Origin: Okeania sp. | Lineage (GTDB): Bacteria > Cyanobacteriota > Cyanobacteriia > Cyanobacteriales > Microcoleaceae | Assembly (NCBI RefSeq): GCF_035285525.1 | Contig: NZ_JAYKGW010000258.1 | Coordinates: 1-32,000, forward strand | Direction of reading: 5' to 3' | Length of the DNA: 32,000 nt | In this document: positions 16,684-24,885 of the stretch, in pieces | Layout: every line of letters starts with the position of its first letter | How positions within the stretch are numbered: the stretch's first letter is position 1 | The notes under the pieces: model-generated | Told to the model about the DNA's origin: nothing | The model's input: only the letters and a program-made list of their open reading frames with translations | Databases searched by the model: none | Translations under genes and position numbers: made by a program

Positions 16684-17110
16684 AAAACATAAGGTCATAC
16701 AAAAATTGGGACATTGTTGCATCCATTCTGTAGAAAATGCGTAAAGTTGGCCTCGCCCAGTTATTTTAGCTTTTTCAGATCGACACACTGGCTTTTCAAA
16801 TCTCTTTACCTGTTTAATGCCGAACCACAGAAGCTCAGGACTAGCTGCGCATCCCAAGGTGTTATGACCGATCAGGACGTTTACTTAAAAAAAGTGGGCT
16901 GGACTAACCATGTAAGCTACTTGAGCGCTTTAATTAGATTTGTGGTTAGTCTAGCAAGGTCTATATATCATTCGGTAAAATAGAAATTTCACCGAGTCAA
17001 GCCAAGTTCCTAATCTCTTATTATGATTCAAAACACTTTATTTTACCATACCCAGAGTTTTTTAATTTGTTATAATATTTAGGCTTGACTTTCTCTTGTC
17101 AAATTTAATA

Positions 17111-17662
17111 CTAAGTTGTACAAGAAACTGGTGTTTCACAATCAGGAGTATCTTCTTGTAGAGAAATGTCCGAACTTTCTGGCCAAGTCTTGGGAAACTC
17201 TAAATTATCTTTTTGATTTTGTAGATCGTTTAAAGTATCTACGAAATCCCGAATACCTTGAAATTTACGATAAACAGAGGCGAATCGAATATAGGCTACT
17301 TCACTAATACCACTTAATTTACTCAGAACAATTTCACCAATTTCGGCACTGGTAATTTCTCTCTGAGATCTACCTTGTAATTCAATCTCTATTTCATTCA
17401 CAATAGCTTCAAGCTGACTAACTTCGATACCAGTCTTTTCACAGGAACGGATAATACCTCGAAGCAATTTCGATTTGTCGAAAGACTCTTTTTGATTATC
17501 CCTTTTAATTACTGTTACTGTTACAAACTCAATTCTTTCATAAGTCGTGAAACGATGTTGACAGTTCATACATTCTCGCCGACGTCGAATACTTTTACCA
17601 GATTCAGCGGAACGGGACTCTAAAACACGACTATTTGTGTGTTGACAAATTGGACATAGCAT
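17111..17662 (-). CDS. nrdR: transcriptional repressor NrdR
   Basis: 183 aa. Zinc ribbon [17 protein letters not shown]...[15 protein letters not shown], followed by an ATP-cone region. Confidence 0.93.
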   Translation of the reverse strand: MLCPICQHTNSRVLESRSAESGKSIRRRRECMNCQHRFTTYERIEFVTVTVIKRDNQKESFDKSKLLRGIIRSCEKTGIEVSQLEAIVNEIEIELQGRSQREITSAEIGEIVLSKLSGISEVAYIRFASVYRKFQGIRDFVDTLNDLQNQKDNLEFPKTWPESSDISLQEDTPDCETPVSCTT

Positions 17663-17740
17663 ACTTTATATTTTTTATACATAAATAAATAATTTTGTCT
17701 AATCCAGGGAAATGGTTACTTGTGATTAATTATTAGGTTA

Positions 17741-17769
17741 TGAGTGCTGGATTAAGAACTCAGCACTCA
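17741..17769 (-). terminator. candidate terminator hairpin downstream of psbT
   Basis: TGAGTGCTG-(11 nt)-CAGCACTCA, a 9-bp stem located 50-78 bp after the psbT stop. The trailing sequence on the minus strand is A/T-rich but is not a clean U-tract. Confidence 0.4.
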
Positions 17770-17818
17770 CAACTTATCAACAAGGTAATTTTTGAGATAG
17801 GAAGTTCATCAAAAATGA

Positions 17819-17914
17819 TTATTTTCCAATCCTAGGTGGATCGCGGAAGGCGATCGCGAAAAATATTACACCTAAAGACAAAGCCAATACCAATATATAT
17901 GCTGTACTTTCCAT
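17819..17914 (-). CDS. psbT: photosystem II reaction centre protein T
   Basis: Not in the ORF track (31 aa). The reverse strand translates to MESTAYILVLALSLGVIFFAIAFRDPPRIGK plus stop. This is the typical PsbT sequence and the typical position directly downstream of psbB. Confidence 0.9.
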   Translation of the reverse strand: MESTAYILVLALSLGVIFFAIAFRDPPRIGK

Positions 17915-17965
17915 ATAAATAATTTCCTGACAATCCAGTTCTCTATCAGTTTACCAGTTCATTGT

Positions 17966-18023
17966 AAATAAAAGTCCAACGAAAATACTTTGTAACTTTT
18001 TTCAAAGTAATCGTTGGACTTTT
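17966..18023 (-). promoter_or_regulatory. psbB-psbT intercistronic two-tier stem-loop
   Basis: ATAAAAGTCCAACGA (17966-17980) pairs perfectly (15 bp) with TCGTTGGACTTTTAT (18009-18023). An inner stem pairs TACTTTG (17984-17990) with CAAAGTA (18001-18007). Confidence 0.7.
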
Positions 18024-18095
18024 ATCAAATTTTAATATTTCTTAAGATACCAAGATAGCTGTTTTGGCCAAATTTTAGTACCTGTTTTGTTAAAT

Positions 18096-19616
18096 TTATT
18101 CCCTACGGGTACTCAAGTCACCCACTTTCTGGAATAAACCAAATTCTACTTGTTCTTCTAGATCTGGGTCAATACCTGCAAATACATCGCGGAACAAAGT
18201 CCGGCATCCGTGCCAAATATGACCAAAGAAGAATAGAAGAGCGAAACAAGCGTGACCATAAGTAAACCAACCGCGAGTGCTAGTCCGGAATACACCGTCA
18301 GAACCTAGAGTTTCTTGGTCAAAATCAAAAGGTTGGCCACCTTGAGCTTTACGAGCATACTTCTTAACATCTATAGAGTTAGTAAATGTTTGACCATCAA
18401 GTTCACCACCGAAGAAACTAACAGTTACACCCTGAGCTTCAAAACTATATTTTGATTCTGAACGACGGAAAGGAATATCTGCCTTAACTACACCTTCAGC
18501 ATTAGTCAAAACTACTGGGAAAGTTTCAAAGAAGTTAGGTAAGCGGCGTACAAATAATTCCTCACCATCTTTATCTGTAAATACAGGATGTCCAAGCCAA
18601 CCTTCTGCTAGACCATCACCATTGTTCATTGGACCAACCCGGAATAGACCACCTTTAGCGGGACTATTACCAACGTAGTCATAAAAAGCTAATTTTTCAG
18701 GGATAGTCAACCAAGCTTCAGAATCAGTTTTCCCTGCTGCTACCTGAGCTTGAACACGACGCTCAATTTCTTGTTGGAAGTAACCACTATCCCACTGATA
18801 ACGAGTTGGGCCAAAAAGTTCGATGGGAGTAGCAGCACTGCCATACCACATTGTGCCAGCTACCACAAAAGCTGCAAAGAAAACTGCTGCGATACTGCTA
18901 GAGAGAACTGTTTCAATATTACCCATCCGTAAAGCTCTGTAGAGACGTTCTGGAGGTCTTACTGATAGGTGGAATAAACCAGCAATAATTCCGACAATAC
19001 CAGCAGCAATATGGTGAGCTACGATTCCACCCGCATTAAATGGGTTAAAACCTTCTGGTCCCCACGATGGTGCTACTGGTTGGATCGAACCCGTTAGTCC
19101 ATAAGGATCTGATACCCACATTCCCGGACCAAATACTCCGGTCAAATGGAAAGCCCCAAAACCAAAGCAAAGTAAACCAGATAAGAATAGGTGAATACCA
19201 AACATTTTTGGTAGGTCTAAAGCAGGGTCTCCTGTACGTTCGTCAAAGAATAAATCTAAGTCCCAGAAAACCCAGTGCCATACAGCAGCTAGGAATAATA
19301 AACCAGAAAGAACGATGTGAGCTGCTGCTACACCTTCAAAAGACCAGAAACCAACGTTGGAAGCTACTTCTCCTGTAACACTCCAGCCACCCCAAGATTG
19401 GGTAACGCCTAAACGGGCCATGAATGGCATAACGAACATTCCTTGGCGCCACATTGGGTTGAGGACTGGATCGCTAGGATCAAAAACTGCTAGTTCATAA
19501 AGGGCCATTGAGCCTGCCCAACCTGCTACTAGAGCAGTGTGCATTAAATGCACGGATATTAGTCGTCCTGGATCGTTCAGAACAACTGTATGTACACGAT
19601 ACCAAGGTAGTCCCAT
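18096..19616 (-). CDS. psbB: photosystem II CP47 chlorophyll apoprotein
   Basis: 506 aa. [43 protein letters not shown]... is canonical CP47. SD AGGAGGAGCG is upstream. Confidence 0.98.
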   Translation of the reverse strand: MGLPWYRVHTVVLNDPGRLISVHLMHTALVAGWAGSMALYELAVFDPSDPVLNPMWRQGMFVMPFMARLGVTQSWGGWSVTGEVASNVGFWSFEGVAAAHIVLSGLLFLAAVWHWVFWDLDLFFDERTGDPALDLPKMFGIHLFLSGLLCFGFGAFHLTGVFGPGMWVSDPYGLTGSIQPVAPSWGPEGFNPFNAGGIVAHHIAAGIVGIIAGLFHLSVRPPERLYRALRMGNIETVLSSSIAAVFFAAFVVAGTMWYGSAATPIELFGPTRYQWDSGYFQQEIERRVQAQVAAGKTDSEAWLTIPEKLAFYDYVGNSPAKGGLFRVGPMNNGDGLAEGWLGHPVFTDKDGEELFVRRLPNFFETFPVVLTNAEGVVKADIPFRRSESKYSFEAQGVTVSFFGGELDGQTFTNSIDVKKYARKAQGGQPFDFDQETLGSDGVFRTSTRGWFTYGHACFALLFFFGHIWHGCRTLFRDVFAGIDPDLEEQVEFGLFQKVGDLSTRRE

Positions 19617-19840
19617 TGACTACGCTCCTCCTCTTAGTAATAAGTATTGTGAAAGTTTTTTTCTTTTGCTTGTTATGCCGACTTGGCAATTTGTCCTGTC
19701 ATTGGTATAATCTTCGAGATTATTTCGGACAAAGTGGCCAAATATACCAAATGAAGGCATAAAAATTAAAACTATTTCAAGAATTGTATAGAGTTTTAAT
19801 GTTAATAGCAAGTTATTTCAGTTATCAGTTATTCGTTATT

Positions 19841-19944
19841 AGTTATCAGTAGAGAGTGAACCTCCGACTAAACTCGGAGGCTTGAAATACTGAGTTAAAA
19901 TTTTTTCATCCCCGAACAAGGGGGGCTTTATACCTCTTTTTTTT
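19841..19944 (+). mobile_element. 105-bp two-hairpin element, copy A
   Basis: AGTTATCAGT..AACCTCCGACTAAACTCGGAGGCTTGAAATACTGAGTTAAAATTTTTTCATCCCCGAACAAGGGGGGCTTTATACCTCTTTTTTTT. It is about 85% identical to the reverse complement of 21889-21993. Confidence 0.6.
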
Positions 19945-20100
19945 GGTAAGGAAAGTAAATGAGTCTATAGCCCTCAGCTATCAGCAATAAGACTCTATCA
20001 TGTTTAAGGATAGGTTTTAAGTGAATATAGACTTTAGAGCTGACTTTTATAGTAAAATTTTTCGTTTCTCAATTAAATATTGCTTTGATCGCTCACTAAA

Positions 20101-20162
20101 AGCAATAGCTGATAGGTGATGGCTGAGGGCTGTTTGCGCAGCATTCCGCAGGAAATGCTTAC
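20101..20162. repeat. GTAAGCATT-family repeat end (reverse orientation)
   Basis: AGCAATAGCTGATAGGTGATGGCTGAGGGCTGTTTGCGCAGCATTCCGCAGGAAATGCTTAC. GCCCTCAGCTATCAGC at 19970-19985 forms the opposing arm. Confidence 0.55.
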
Positions 20163-20268
20163 TTATGGTTTATGAGAATTGGTATTATCTAAACCTTATT
20201 CTGCTATGATTAACTTCTAACATTTTATTGATTTTTACTTTTTTGAAATTATACTTTTGACTGCTGGA

Positions 20269-20592
20269 TTAAATTTCTTGGTTAGTTTGACAAATAGCTG
20301 AGGTACTGGAAAGATATTCCAAGACTTTTTCAGCATTAATTAAGCGAGTTAAGACAACATTGCCAATATTTTGATTAGGTGCAGACTGTTTAACTTCAAT
20401 AGTAGGATAAATCTCTATCATTAATACTGCATCTTCGACTTGATGAAGCCACATTTGTTCGTTTTTATCCCATAAACAGATTGACATTTTTTTTATATCT
20501 GGCGTTCGTCTCCAGGCAGTTTCATTCCACAAACCACCTACTGTCCATATTTGACCTATTGCCCATCCCTCTGATAAGAAAAAGTATTTCAC
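20269..20592 (-). CDS. hypothetical protein (GTG start)
   Basis: 107-aa ORF MKYFFLSEGWAIGQIWTVGGLWNETAWRRTPDIKK.. with protein-like composition. I do not recognise the family with certainty. Confidence 0.5.
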   Translation of the reverse strand: MKYFFLSEGWAIGQIWTVGGLWNETAWRRTPDIKKMSICLWDKNEQMWLHQVEDAVLMIEIYPTIEVKQSAPNQNIGNVVLTRLINAEKVLEYLSSTSAICQTNQEI

Positions 20593-20675
20593 AGATTTTA
20601 ATAAGGTTAACTAAATTTATTGAAAAGTTTATCAGAAATAAGAGTATGGATAATTAATAATTAATAATTAAAGAA

Positions 20676-20792
20676 ATAGCAATCCTAAAATTAGGTTGTA
20701 ACAATTCAAAAACTGGAAATAAATTCGGAAAATATTACCTATTGCTGATTACTTATTGCCTCCATACCCAAAAGCAATAAGATTGCTATACA
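20676..20792 (+). repeat. 117-bp dispersed direct repeat, copy 1 (AGCAATCCTAAAATTAGGTTGTAACAATTC...)
   Basis: Near-identical to 20931-21047. It contains the hairpin CTTATTGC-(14 nt)-GCAATAAG at 20752-20781. Confidence 0.8.
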
Positions 20793-20930
20793 TTCTATGT
20801 CAAAAAAAATCAACTAAACTATTGAGTGGAAAAGCTGAAAGTTTAATTTTATTTGATGGAGTTATTTGGATTTTTATTTATGTTTGGTAAATAAGCCATC
20901 ACCATTTTTTTTGACTTGAAATATACAAAG

Positions 20931-21047
20931 ATAGCCATCCTAAAATAGGTTGCAACAATTCAAAAACTATAAATAAATTCCGAAAATATTACCTATTGCC
21001 CATTGCTTATTGGCTCCATACCGAAAACCAATAATATTTTTATACAC
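20931..21047 (+). repeat. 117-bp dispersed direct repeat, copy 2
   Basis: ATAGCCATCCTAAAATAGGTTGCAACAATTCAAAAACTATAAATAAATTCCGAAAATATTACCTATTGCC... The hairpin TTATTGG-(14 nt)-CCAATAA at 21006-21035 carries a compensatory C:G to G:C change relative to copy 1. A partial third copy AGCAATCCTAAATTGGTTGTGACAAAATTC is at about 27469-27498. Confidence 0.8.
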
Positions 21048-21074
21048 AAATAAAAAAAGGATTACTATATACAA

Positions 21075-21824
21075 TTAATCACATTCAACCAAATTACCAG
21101 CAGACACAAATCCTTGCAAAGGATAACTAATTTTTACCCATTTACGTCTTTCACCATTTTGATCAGGAATTAGTTGATAATTTTCTACTAAAGTAAGCTG
21201 ACTATTAACAGGTACTTTTCCTTTATACTTGGAAAGTCTGGTAGCATCCTCCCTTACTGCTAAACCTCGTGGTGCTTTTTTACTATCAATTTCACGGCAT
21301 AAACTTTCATCTGTTTTTAATGTATAATCAGAAGTTGGAGATGTTTGTGTCGGTACATTATTGATAGGGGGATTTTGACCAGAATATTTTTCTGTATTTT
21401 CTTCTTGAATGGATGTTTCTCCTGAATGATTTTCTGCCACTTCAGAACATTCTATTAAGTTAATTTCATTGCCAGGAAAACCAATAGAAACAAACCCCGC
21501 AATAGGAAAATTTATTTCCACCCAGGTTCGACCTGCGGGACCTCTAATATTTAGATAACCTGGAATTAATTTTACTTGTTGATTAGGATTTAAACTGCCA
21601 ACTTTAGGAGAATTAGGGGTTGGTCTTTTCTGAACAGTTAAACCTTGTTTGTTATTGACTAAACGACATAAACTAGCAGCTTCTTGAGATACTTCAATAA
21701 CTTCTGGAGATATTTGAGTAGTTTCTTCAGATACCTGGGAAGTTTGGATACTGGTAATAGCTTTTTTAGTAATATTACCAACTATCATTAACATTAATAT
21801 TAACAATGCCAGTGATTGACGCAT
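21075..21824 (-). CDS. secreted protein with two SH3b-like domains
   Basis: 249 aa. N-terminal signal-like MRQSLALLILMLMIVGNI. Two internally homologous Cys-bounded modules are present: C..GL.V...P...S..VG.L..N..V.L......G.....WV.I.....GFVS, at aa ~53-126 and ~176-248. Confidence 0.7.
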   Translation of the reverse strand: MRQSLALLILMLMIVGNITKKAITSIQTSQVSEETTQISPEVIEVSQEAASLCRLVNNKQGLTVQKRPTPNSPKVGSLNPNQQVKLIPGYLNIRGPAGRTWVEINFPIAGFVSIGFPGNEINLIECSEVAENHSGETSIQEENTEKYSGQNPPINNVPTQTSPTSDYTLKTDESLCREIDSKKAPRGLAVREDATRLSKYKGKVPVNSQLTLVENYQLIPDQNGERRKWVKISYPLQGFVSAGNLVECD

Positions 21825-21825
21825 A

Positions 21826-22265
21826 ATTAAGCAAGAAGGAAGAAGGAAGGAAGAAGGAAGGGGTAGATAATTAACAATTAAAAATTACTAAAAAATGAGG
21901 TCTAAAGCCTCCCTTTTTAAGGGGATGAAAAAATTTTAACTCAGTATTTAAAGCCTCCGACTTTAGTCAAAGGTTAACTGATAACTGATAACTAAAATTA
22001 CCTATTTTTACAAAGAATAAAATTAGCCAAAAGATTTTTTTCTTTTTTTCTCCGTGAATGAAGAACCTTTATGACTTGATTTTTCAGTAAATGTAAATTT
22101 TGAAGGAAGAATGAAGAAGAAAGAAGAAAGAAAGGGTAAATAATTAACAATTAAAAGTTACCTATTCTTACAAAGAAGAAGATTAGCCCCAAATTTTTTT
22201 CTTTTTTCTCCGTGAATGAAGAACCTTTATGACTTGATTTTTCAGTAAATGTAAATGTTGAAAAA
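21826..22265. repeat. 160-bp tandem duplication; unit 1 is interrupted by the 105-bp element
   Basis: ATAATTAACAATTAAAA..CTATT(T/C)TTACAAAGAA..TTTCTCCGTGAATGAAGAACCTTTATGACTTGATTTTTCAGTAAATGTAAAT.TTGAA occurs twice. The anchor ATAATTAAC is at 21867 and 22140, an offset of 273 = 160 + 113. It lies directly upstream of the 21075..21824 start codon. Confidence 0.85.
21889..21993 (-). mobile_element. 105-bp two-hairpin element, copy B (inserted, flanked by an AAAATTAC duplication)
   Basis: Unit 1 reads CAATTAAAAATTAC[105 bp]AAAATTACCTATTTTT. Unit 2 reads CAATTAAAAGTTACCTATTCTT (22148-22170) uninterrupted. AAAATTAC is at 21881-21888 and 21994-22001. Confidence 0.75.
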
Positions 22266-22424
22266 AAGGGAGAAATAATCAAGTATTGACTCTTCATTAT
22301 TAATGGATAATTGCCTCTGGTTAAAACCTAGAGCATTGAGGCAAGTGGGGGAATCTGATTTATTTTTTCTCCTAAATTAAGGATAGAATTTCCCAAAAAT
22401 AGATTAATTATTAATTAGCCATTG

Positions 22425-22701
22425 GTAAGCATTCAACTCTTAGCTTTCAGCTATTAAAAATAAAACTTCTATTGAATAGATATAGAAGTAAATTTTAAAA
22501 TTTTGTAGTAGTATTAAACTCTGGCTTAATAACATATAAACATTCAGCTATTAGCCGTCAGCTCTCAGCTTTTTAACGAATGAAGTAACTATTCGTTTAA
22601 TTTATACTAACTTTTTAACCATAGAATTGAACCAGAAGAAAGACGAGCTTATTTCAAAGGTAATAAAGCTAATAGCTAATAGCTGACTGCTGAATCCTTA
22701 C
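22425..22701. mobile_element. MITE-like element of the GTAAGCATT family
   Basis: Left end GGTAAGCATTCAACTCTTAGCTTTCAGCTATT. Right end AGCTAATAGCTAATAGCTGACTGCTGAATCCTTACC. An internal CATTCAGCTATTAGCCGTCAGCTCTCAGC is present, and there is no ORF. Confidence 0.45.
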
Positions 22702-22729
22702 CTTTATTTCTTCAAATAAATAAGGCTAG

Positions 22730-23725
22730 TTAAAACTGCTGTAAAAAGCGTAAGTCACTAGCATAAACTCGCCGAATATCATCAATTTGGTGTAACACCA
22801 TAGCAAATCTTTCTACTCCAAAACCTGCAGCAAAACCTGTATACTTTTCTGGATCATAACCCACAGCTTGCAAAACATTTGGGTCTACCATTCCACAACC
22901 TAATACTTCTAACCATTTGCCATTCCATTCTAAATCTACTTCTGCTGAAGGTTCGGTAAATGGAAAATAACTAGCACGGAAACGAATAGGTAAATCTCCA
23001 AACATTTGTCGCAGAAATTCTTTAATAGTTCCTTTCAGGTCAGAAAATCTTAACCCTTTATCTACTGCCAATAATTCAATTTGATGGAACACTGCTGCAT
23101 GAGTTGCGTCTACTGTATCTCGACGATAAACACGACCAGGTGCAACAATTCGGATAGGTGGTTCATTTTTTTCCATGTAACGAATCTGGACTGAAGAAGT
23201 GTGAGTCCGCATTAAGTTTCCGTCTGGTAAGTAGAAAGTATCCTGCATATCTCTAGCAGGGTGGTCTGGTGGAGTATTTAGGGCTTCAAAGTTGTAATAG
23301 TCACTTTCCATTTCTGGACCAGTACAGGTTGTATACCCTAAACCAACGAAAATGTCAAGGGCACGATCTATCAAGCCATTTAGGGGATGAATTTTTCCTT
23401 GGGGACGGTGTACCCCTGGCATACTAACATCTAAGGTTTCAGCTTGAAGTTTAGCGACAATTTCTGCTGCTTGTAAATTACTACGTTTTTCGTCTAGGTT
23501 AGCTTGGATGGCTTGTTTAACTTCGTTGGCGATCGCTCCTACTTTTGGTCGTTCTTCAGGGCTAAGTTTACCCATTGCACCGAGTATTTTAGACACTTGA
23601 CCTTTTTTGCCTAGATAATTAATCCGTAAATCTTCTAATTTTTCTAGGCTTTCTGCGATGGCGATCGCTTCTGTTGCTGTTTGGCGTAATTCTTGTAATT
23701 GGGTTTCTATATCACTTATCTGCAT
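22730..23725 (-). CDS. pheS: phenylalanine--tRNA ligase alpha subunit
   Basis: 331 aa. ..[11 protein letters not shown].., ..[10 protein letters not shown].., ..[11 protein letters not shown].., [14 protein letters not shown] class II motifs. Confidence 0.97.
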   Translation of the reverse strand: MQISDIETQLQELRQTATEAIAIAESLEKLEDLRINYLGKKGQVSKILGAMGKLSPEERPKVGAIANEVKQAIQANLDEKRSNLQAAEIVAKLQAETLDVSMPGVHRPQGKIHPLNGLIDRALDIFVGLGYTTCTGPEMESDYYNFEALNTPPDHPARDMQDTFYLPDGNLMRTHTSSVQIRYMEKNEPPIRIVAPGRVYRRDTVDATHAAVFHQIELLAVDKGLRFSDLKGTIKEFLRQMFGDLPIRFRASYFPFTEPSAEVDLEWNGKWLEVLGCGMVDPNVLQAVGYDPEKYTGFAAGFGVERFAMVLHQIDDIRRVYASDLRFLQQF

Positions 23726-23857
23726 AATAATTGAATAATATTTACAATAATTTTATTTTTGGGCAAGTTTCAATGATAATTATTTATCATAAGAAACAGT
23801 AGAAGCCAAGCATTTTATAAATAAGAAAAGATAATCTCTGTCTTTTCCCAGCTGCCG

Positions 23858-23936
23858 GGAAACCCTCCCCAGAAACCCTCCCCAGAAACCCTCCCCAGAA
23901 ACTCGGTTTCTAAGTGAGTGAAACCGGGTTTCTAAG
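23858..23936. repeat. 13-bp tandem repeat (A/G)GAAACCCTCCCC x3 followed by two AGAAAC..GGTTTCT palindromes
   Basis: Units at 23858-23870, 23871-23883 and 23884-23896. These are followed by AGAAACTCGGTTTCT (23897-23911) and GAAACCGGGTTTC (23920-23932). The block lies in the divergent pheS/surE intergenic region, 27 bp upstream of the surE ATG. Confidence 0.85.
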
Positions 23937-23962
23937 TTCCCTGTTCCCTATTACCTAAAAAA

Positions 23963-24766
23963 ATGAAAATATTGGTTAGTAACGACGATGGCATTTTTGC
24001 GGAAGGTATCCGGAGTTTAGCTAATAGTTTAGCTGCTGTAGGCCATGAAGTTGTTGTTGTTTGTCCTGACAAAGAACGTTCAGCTACAGGTCATGGTTTA
24101 ACATTACATCAACCTATCCGGGCTGAAATTGTTAAATCAATTTTTGATGATAGTATAATAGCCTGGGCTTGTTCTGGTACTCCTGCTGACTGTGTAAAAC
24201 TAGCTCTATTTGGCTTATTGGAAACTCAACCAGATTTAGTATTAGCGGGAATTAATCATGGCCCAAACTTAGGAACAGATATCTTATATTCTGGCACTGT
24301 CTCGGCAGCGATGGAAGGAGCTGTTCAAAATATTCCTGGCATTGCTTTTAGTCTTGGCAGTTACACCTCTAGAGAGTTTGAGTTTGCTGCTCGGTTTGCT
24401 CAAAGTTTAGTGCAGAAAATAGAAAGCCAACCTTTAGAAAATTTAATGCTACTAAATGTAAATATTCCAGCAGTTGAAGAACAGGAAATAGCAGGAGTAA
24501 AAATTACTCGTCAAGGCATTCGTCGATACATAGATGTATTTGAAAAACGGGTTGATCCCCGTGGCAAAACTTACTATTGGTTAGCTGGAGAAGTGCAGGA
24601 AGATGTAGAAGAAACTGACGATCAACTCTTAGCAGCAAATTTACCAACAGATGTTCAGGCAATACGGGAAAAATATATTACCATTACTCCTTTGCAATAT
24701 AACCTAACTTGTGGTAGGCAATTGAGCTATCTGGAAAACTGGCAAATTGATAATTTTAGTGAATAG
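23963..24766 (+). CDS. surE: 5'/3'-nucleotidase SurE
   Basis: 267 aa. [20 protein letters not shown]..., [24 protein letters not shown]. Confidence 0.95.
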   Translation: MKILVSNDDGIFAEGIRSLANSLAAVGHEVVVVCPDKERSATGHGLTLHQPIRAEIVKSIFDDSIIAWACSGTPADCVKLALFGLLETQPDLVLAGINHGPNLGTDILYSGTVSAAMEGAVQNIPGIAFSLGSYTSREFEFAARFAQSLVQKIESQPLENLMLLNVNIPAVEEQEIAGVKITRQGIRRYIDVFEKRVDPRGKTYYWLAGEVQEDVEETDDQLLAANLPTDVQAIREKYITITPLQYNLTCGRQLSYLENWQIDNFSE

Positions 24767-24885
24767 TTAATACTAATAGAATAGAAGGTAGAGTTAAACT
24801 ATAAAGGATAGGCTATATATTTCCAGATCAAAAAACTTCAGCCATCTAACCAATAATAATTTTTGTTAATTGAAAAAAATTAAGT

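Noticed and set aside
16672-16983. Overlapping ORFs 16672-16857 (-) and 16714-16983 (+) as real genes
   Set aside because: They exclude each other. The minus ORF needs a TTG start without an SD, and I recognise neither translation. The region is kept only as an ncRNA or relic candidate in the findings.
17116-17307. Plus-strand 63-aa ORF
   Set aside because: It is antisense within nrdR.
18750-19811. Five short ORFs (18750-18932, 19067-19378, 19495-19689, 19508-19762, 19620-19811)
   Set aside because: They are antisense to, or overlap, the psbB coding region and 5' leader. None has support, and psbB identity is unambiguous.
21830-21862. The polypurine GAAGGAAG tract as a functional H-DNA or triplex element
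   Set aside because: This is pure speculation from composition. The tract is part of the duplicated 160-bp unit, and nothing in the sequence supports a specific function.
19841-21993. The inverted-repeat-bounded 2-kb segment as a composite transposon or prophage remnant
   Set aside because: There is no transposase, integrase or phage gene inside. The element copies are only about 85% identical, and the copy A flanks show no matching target duplication. It is retained only as a low-confidence recombination hypothesis.
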